Shown in pieces: positions 59,049 through 64,000 of a DNA stretch of 64,000 nucleotides (position 1 is the stretch's first letter; every line of letters starts with the position of its first letter). The notes beneath the pieces are model-generated. The model had not been told where the DNA came from. It worked only from the letters and a program-made list of their open reading frames with translations, and made no database searches. The stretch comes from Ignavibacteriota bacterium (GTDB lineage Bacteria; Bacteroidota; Ignavibacteria; Palsa-1295): the NCBI GenBank assembly GCA_963787835.1, contig CAWBEI010000004.1:160001-224000 (forward strand), written 5' to 3'. A program made the translations under genes and the position numbers.

Positions 59049-59121
59049 ATAAGAAAAAAAACTCTGCCGGGGCAGCGGCTTTGCGGGGGATTTTGTCACA
59101 GAACATCAATGTTATGCTGTC

Positions 59122-60075
59122 GTGACTATAGAATACGTTCGAGAATTATACCATACACCGTTCCTCAAACTCATCGCACAGGCGAGCCGGGTACATGAGG
59201 CGAATAATACCTACGATGACATTCAGCGCTGCACGCTGCTCTCGGTGAAGACCGGAGGCTGTCCAGAGGACTGCGCGTATTGCCCGCAAGCCGCTCGCTA
59301 TCATACCGGCGTCAAAGCAGAAAAGCTGATGCGCACTCCGGAAGTGCTTGAAGCCGCTCGCAACGCAAAAGCAAATGGCGCAACCCGATTTTGCATGGGT
59401 GCGGCCTGGCGCGAAGTGCGCGATGGCCGGGATTTCGAGGAAGTCCTCGAAATGGTGAAGGGCGTGACCGATCTTGGGCTTGAAGCGTGTGCTACGCTCG
59501 GTATGCTCAACGAATCCCAAGCGCAGCGTTTGAAAGAAGCTGGACTTTACGCTTACAATCACAATCTCGATACGTCCCGTAATTTTTATTCCGAGATCAT
59601 CCATACGCGCGATTATGACGATCGTTTAGGAACCATCCAGAATGTCCGCGATGCCGGTATTACTGTTTGTTGCGGTGGTATCGTTGGCATGGGCGAGACC
59701 GATGAAGATCGCATTCAATTCCTGCTCACGCTTGCTTCACTAAGTCCGCAGCCAGAAAGCGTTCCAATTAATGCGTTGGTCGCAGTTCCCGGCACGCCGC
59801 TTGGTGAGCAGAAGCCGATCGATTCCTTCTCGTTCATTCGCACTATCGCGTGCGCGCGTATCCTTATGCCGAAAGCGAAAGTGCGTTTAAGTGCTGGAAG
59901 GATGAGCCTTTCCGATGAGGCTCAAACGCTTGCGTTCCTTGCCGGAGCGAATTCCATCTTTTTGGGTGATAAACTTCTCACCACTCCAAATCCAGAACCG
60001 GACGCGGATTATCGTCTCTTCAAAAAACTCGGCCTGGAAACTTCCGCCATGACTTCCGTCGAGCACAGTGCGTGA
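59122..60075 (+). CDS. bioB: Biotin synthase
   Basis: [43 protein letters not shown]. Confidence 0.96.
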   Translation: MTIEYVRELYHTPFLKLIAQASRVHEANNTYDDIQRCTLLSVKTGGCPEDCAYCPQAARYHTGVKAEKLMRTPEVLEAARNAKANGATRFCMGAAWREVRDGRDFEEVLEMVKGVTDLGLEACATLGMLNESQAQRLKEAGLYAYNHNLDTSRNFYSEIIHTRDYDDRLGTIQNVRDAGITVCCGGIVGMGETDEDRIQFLLTLASLSPQPESVPINALVAVPGTPLGEQKPIDSFSFIRTIACARILMPKAKVRLSAGRMSLSDEAQTLAFLAGANSIFLGDKLLTTPNPEPDADYRLFKKLGLETSAMTSVEHSA

Positions 60076-61225
60076 AAACTGGCTTCTGAAGTTAGAACAC
60101 GAGTTAAGCGGTCTAAAAGAGAAAGGCCGTTATCGCTCTCTTCGAACGTATAGTGGAATTGATTTCGGCTCGAACGATTATCTTGGCTTTGCAACCAATA
60201 CAAAGTTAAGATTAGAAGCTGTAGAGGCATTCAAAAATCTTGCTCTTTCGTCATCAAGTTCGCGGCTTCTGCCAGGACATCACTCAGAGCACCTCGAAGC
60301 CGAAAAAGTTTTTGCAGATTTCGTAGGTGCCGAATCTGCGTTGCTTTTTAATTCCGGTTACGATGCGAATCATGCGTTGCTAACGACGCTCCCATCCCGC
60401 CACGATCTCATTCTTTACGATGAACGTTCCCACGCCAGCATTTACGATGGCGTTCATTCCTCGCTTGCGAAGAGCCAACGCTTCGCGCATAATTCTGCCG
60501 AGGATTTAGCTCTCCAGCTAAAACGCGTAGGTCAGCGCGTACAGCCGGCCCAAATATTCATTGTGCTCGAAAGCGTGTATTCCATGGATGGCGATGTAGC
60601 TAATCTCCATGAAATTGTTGAGGTTGCGAATGAATTCGGGGCTATCATTATTGTCGATGAAGCACATGCGACCGGTGTGCTCGGTAAGCGGGGCGAAGGA
60701 CTTGTAAAAGATACTATTGAGAGATACGATAACATCATTACAATTCACACCTGCGGCAAAGCGATTGGTGCGGCGGGAGCTTTCGTTTGCGGCAGCAAAA
60801 CGATTACAGAATATCTCATTAATAAGGCGCGTGGATTTATTTATACGACTGCCTTACCGCCGATCGTCCCGTTACAAATAATCAGCGCCATTAAGCGTCT
60901 TGAGTCCGAAGGTTCCGAACTAATAAAGTCCCTTCGGGAAAGATCAGATTATGTGCGAGCAGAATTGCGACGATCCTTGACAAAATGGTCAGTTCCTGAT
61001 GGCATCACGCCAATTATTTCGATCATCATAGGCAAAGACGAGGATGCCATTAACGCGGCTGGAGCTTTAGCCGATGCTGGGTTTGATGTGCCCGCTATTC
61101 GTCCGCCAACAGTTCCGGAAGGCACGGCCAGACTGCGCTTGAATGTTAGCCTGCGGCATTCAGAACAAGATTTGCGAAATGTGATCGGAGCAATTGTGCG
61201 AGCCGAAGGAGAAATAGTGAAATGA
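60068..61225 (+). CDS. bioF: 8-amino-7-oxononanoate synthase
   Basis: [41 protein letters not shown]. Confidence 0.93.
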   Translation: MRENWLLKLEHELSGLKEKGRYRSLRTYSGIDFGSNDYLGFATNTKLRLEAVEAFKNLALSSSSSRLLPGHHSEHLEAEKVFADFVGAESALLFNSGYDANHALLTTLPSRHDLILYDERSHASIYDGVHSSLAKSQRFAHNSAEDLALQLKRVGQRVQPAQIFIVLESVYSMDGDVANLHEIVEVANEFGAIIIVDEAHATGVLGKRGEGLVKDTIERYDNIITIHTCGKAIGAAGAFVCGSKTITEYLINKARGFIYTTALPPIVPLQIISAIKRLESEGSELIKSLRERSDYVRAELRRSLTKWSVPDGITPIISIIIGKDEDAINAAGALADAGFDVPAIRPPTVPEGTARLRLNVSLRHSEQDLRNVIGAIVRAEGEIVK

Positions 61226-61848
61226 AGAGCATTATTATTTCCGGGACGGATACGGGAGTGGGAAAGACCATGCTTTCCTCATTGCTCATGGCATCGTTGC
61301 CGGAATACGTGTATTGGAAGCCAGTTCAATCTGGGACTGTTGATGGAACAGATAGCCAGACCGTCCTTTCTCTTTCAGAATGTTCTCCGGAACGAATCTT
61401 GCCAGAGGCCTACGTCTTCTCACAGCCGTTTTCTCCCCATCTTGCTTCACGGCTCGATGGAACAGTGGTAGATCCTACCAGGCTTTCATTGCCGAGATCG
61501 TCAGATCTGATAATCGAAGGGGCCGGCGGACTCCTGGTCCCGCTCACGGATGATCTACTTTTTATTGACCAATTCAAAACGTGGAACGTGCCAGTTCTGC
61601 TGGCATGCCGTTCTATACTTGGAACGATAAATCATACCTTGCTTTCCATTGAAGCATTACGCAGTCGAGACATTCCACTTCTCGGATGCATTCTCATTGG
61701 CGAACCCAATCCCGAGAATGAAAAAGCGATCGAGCGCTTCAGCAATGCAAAGATTATTGGACGAATTCCACCGATCACCTCCTTCTCGGCAGAATCACTG
61801 CGAAGCACATTCAATCAACATTTAATTTTTCTTAAATCCCTCCTGTGA
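61222..61848 (+). CDS. bioD: Dethiobiotin synthase
   Basis: GTDTGVGKT, KPVQSG, EGAGG, LGTINHTLL. Confidence 0.95.
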   Translation: MKSIIISGTDTGVGKTMLSSLLMASLPEYVYWKPVQSGTVDGTDSQTVLSLSECSPERILPEAYVFSQPFSPHLASRLDGTVVDPTRLSLPRSSDLIIEGAGGLLVPLTDDLLFIDQFKTWNVPVLLACRSILGTINHTLLSIEALRSRDIPLLGCILIGEPNPENEKAIERFSNAKIIGRIPPITSFSAESLRSTFNQHLIFLKSLL

Positions 61849-63146
61849 ATCCATCCAATTCTATGAATCGTGATTCTTCCTGGATCGACCTCGACGAGCG
61901 GTACATCTGGCATCCCTACACGCAGATGCAGCTTGTGCCCCGCTCGATCGGTGTGGAGCGTGGGGAGGGTGCATATCTTTATCTTTCGGATGGACGCCGG
62001 ATTCTCGATGGTATAAGTTCCTGGTGGGTAACGCTGCATGGACACGCACACCCAAAGGTCGCAAGAGCCATTGCAGAACAAGCGGCGCAATTAGAGCAAG
62101 TCATCTTTGCCGGATTTACCCACGAACCCGCTTCGCGACTGGCAGAAAAACTTGTAAAAATTACTCCAGACGGACTGGATAAAGTTTTCTTCAGCGATAA
62201 TGGATCAACGGCCGTTGAAGTTGCGATAAAAATGGCCATCCAATATTGGAAGCTGATGGGAGAGAATAGAACGGAGATCCTCGCGCTCGATCATGCCTAC
62301 CATGGCGATACTTTCGGCGCGATGTCCGCAAGTGCGCGTGGATATTTTACGCAGCCATTCGAGGATTTTCTTTTCCACGTAAATCGTCTTCCATTTCCTG
62401 ATCCTGCAGGACCGGAGAGTGAGAGCAGATTCCTCGAAGCGTTACGATCAGCAGGGAAACGGAACACCATTGCCGCATTCATCTACGAACCGCTCTTGCT
62501 TGGATCAGGCGGAATGCTTATGTGGCGACCAGCTATTCTCGAAGAAGCCCTGAAAATTGCGAAAGAGTTTGGAATTCTCTGCATCGCCGATGAAGTGCTA
62601 ACGGGTTTCGGTCGCACTGGAACGATGTTCGCGTCCGATCAAGCTGAAACCAAGCCCGATCTGATGACGCTCTCGAAAGGCATAACCGGTGGGTTCCTGC
62701 CAATGGGCATAACGATGGCGTCCAACACGGTCTTCGAGGCATTCCTAAGCAAAGATCGCGCAAAGACATTTTTTCATGGTCATAGCTACACGGGGAACCC
62801 GATCAGTGCGGCAGCGGCACTGGCTTCAATAGATATTTTCGAAACAGAGCCGGTTTTCGATCGAATTAATGCGATAGCTTCTGCTCACACCCAATATGCT
62901 GCTGCATTCGCAGAGAAGTATAAACTAAATCATCGGCAGATCGGTACTATCGCAGCGTTCGAGCCGAAGGATCATGCGGGTTATTTAAGCACAAAATCGC
63001 TCGAATGGAGTAAGCGAGCGTTGCAGATGGGCCTGCTCATTCGTCCATTGGGAGATACGCTATATTTGCTTCCACCCTATGCGGCGATGGCTGAAGACAT
63101 TGCGTTTGCATATGAAGTTTTCGAGGCCATTTTAAGTCATTCTTGA
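61845..63146 (+). CDS. bioA: Adenosylmethionine-8-amino-7-oxononanoate transaminase
   Basis: IWHPYTQ, SSWWV, DNGSTAVEVAIK, YHGDT, DEVLTGFGRTG, SKGITGG. Confidence 0.95.
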   Translation: MNPSNSMNRDSSWIDLDERYIWHPYTQMQLVPRSIGVERGEGAYLYLSDGRRILDGISSWWVTLHGHAHPKVARAIAEQAAQLEQVIFAGFTHEPASRLAEKLVKITPDGLDKVFFSDNGSTAVEVAIKMAIQYWKLMGENRTEILALDHAYHGDTFGAMSASARGYFTQPFEDFLFHVNRLPFPDPAGPESESRFLEALRSAGKRNTIAAFIYEPLLLGSGGMLMWRPAILEEALKIAKEFGILCIADEVLTGFGRTGTMFASDQAETKPDLMTLSKGITGGFLPMGITMASNTVFEAFLSKDRAKTFFHGHSYTGNPISAAAALASIDIFETEPVFDRINAIASAHTQYAAAFAEKYKLNHRQIGTIAAFEPKDHAGYLSTKSLEWSKRALQMGLLIRPLGDTLYLLPPYAAMAEDIAFAYEVFEAILSHS

Positions 63147-63247
63147 GTTTGATCGGAACGTCCCCATTTTTCCCCTGTTTTCGTGTCCCAAGAAGTGGAA
63201 TAAGCTGCCTCCCAGTTTTGTTATAGCACTTCTACCTACTCAAAATA

Positions 63248-64000
63248 ATGCCAGGAATCAACGATTTTGCAATAAAACTCGCAACCGTCAACGGGACAGG
63301 CTCGGCGAGCGCCAGTAATCTGCTGATGCAGTCTATCTTCCGCATGGGAGTCCCCGTTGCGGGCAAGAACCTCTTTCCATCGAATATTCAGGGGCTGCCG
63401 ACGTGGTATGAGATCCGCGTGAGTGGAGCAGGCTATGGTGGTCGCGCGCTCGATTACGACCTGATTGTGGCGATGAACGCACAGACGTATGCGAAGGACG
63501 TACAGGAAGTGCGCTCCGGCGGTTACCTGCTCTATGACTCAACCTGGCCATTGCCACAGGAGCTTCATCGGGAAGATGTAACGTTTCTTGGTGTGCCGCT
63601 TTCCCAGATGCTTATCGAAACGGTTCCCGAACCTCGCACGCGCATCTTGCTGAAGAATATCATGTATTCCGGATCGCTTGCGGCGATGCTGAATCTCGAC
63701 ATGAACATTCTCGAAGAACTTATCAAAGAGTCCTATGGTAAAAAGCAGTCGCTTCTCGATGTCAATCGCAAGGCGCTTCATTCTGGCTTTGATTACGCCC
63801 GGAAGAACCTTCTCAAGCTTCCGTTCGGATGTGAGAAGATGGATGCCAATAATAATAAGATACTCATCGACGGTAACTCCGCAACGGCGCTTGGTGCGAT
63901 CTATGCCGGAGCGACCGTGGCCGCATGGTATCCGATCACACCCGCTACTTCGGTGATGGATTCATTCAAAGCGTTTGCAGATCGTTTTCGAGTCGATCCC
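63248..64000 (+). CDS. 2-oxoacid:acceptor oxidoreductase subunit alpha, 5' part (runs off the window; absent from the ORF track)
   Basis: Manual translation MPGINDFAIKLATVNGTGSASA...GKNLFPSNIQGLPTWYEIRV...GNSATALG...AWYPITPATS. Confidence 0.9.
   Translation, partial: MPGINDFAIKLATVNGTGSASASNLLMQSIFRMGVPVAGKNLFPSNIQGLPTWYEIRVSGAGYGGRALDYDLIVAMNAQTYAKDVQEVRSGGYLLYDSTWPLPQELHREDVTFLGVPLSQMLIETVPEPRTRILLKNIMYSGSLAAMLNLDMNILEELIKESYGKKQSLLDVNRKALHSGFDYARKNLLKLPFGCEKMDANNNKILIDGNSATALGAIYAGATVAAWYPITPATSVMDSFKAFADRFRVDP

Noticed and set aside
59085-59121. BirA operator before bioB
   Set aside because: No convincing TGTAAAC-N-GTTTACA inverted repeat

Overview
Bacterial chromosomal DNA, most likely from the Bacteroidota/Kapaibacteria/Ignavibacteria (FCB) group. 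This is inferred from T9SS C-terminal sorting domains, TAnnTTTG -7 promoter boxes and a fused ccoNO. All product calls come from motif recognition, not database searches. Three blocks are visible. (1) 1.8-24.7 kb is a low-oxygen respiration block: yceI-yceI-beta-barrel, tryptophanase, a cupredoxin / Cyc2-like cytochrome-porin / diheme cyt c / lipoprotein cyt c operon directly upstream of a full cbb3 oxidase cluster, and ric-hemN-PAS kinase-sigma54 activator. Its promoter regions share a 15-bp palindrome (GTAAGA-N3-TCTTAC family) and sigma54-like -24 boxes; one such set points at a candidate ~100-nt sRNA. (2) 24.8-38.6 kb is a candidate phosphorus-scavenging island: two T9SS proteins built from five copies of an unrecognised ~200-aa domain, two metallophosphoesterase lipoproteins, a propeller-like lipoprotein, and a TonB-dependent receptor with a beta-helix lipoprotein. 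Four promoter regions carry 11-bp-periodic Pho-box-like repeats, three of them in identical register to a TAnnTTTG box. (3) 38.7-64 kb is mostly housekeeping: tRNA-Gln, clpX, msrA, rml genes with an NRS/ER-type third enzyme, acyl-CoA ligase, M61 peptidase, bioBFDA and a 2-oxoacid oxidoreductase alpha subunit running off the edge. It also holds many REP-like palindromes, two of which sit in frame inside coding sequences. No CRISPR array, integrase or transposase was seen.
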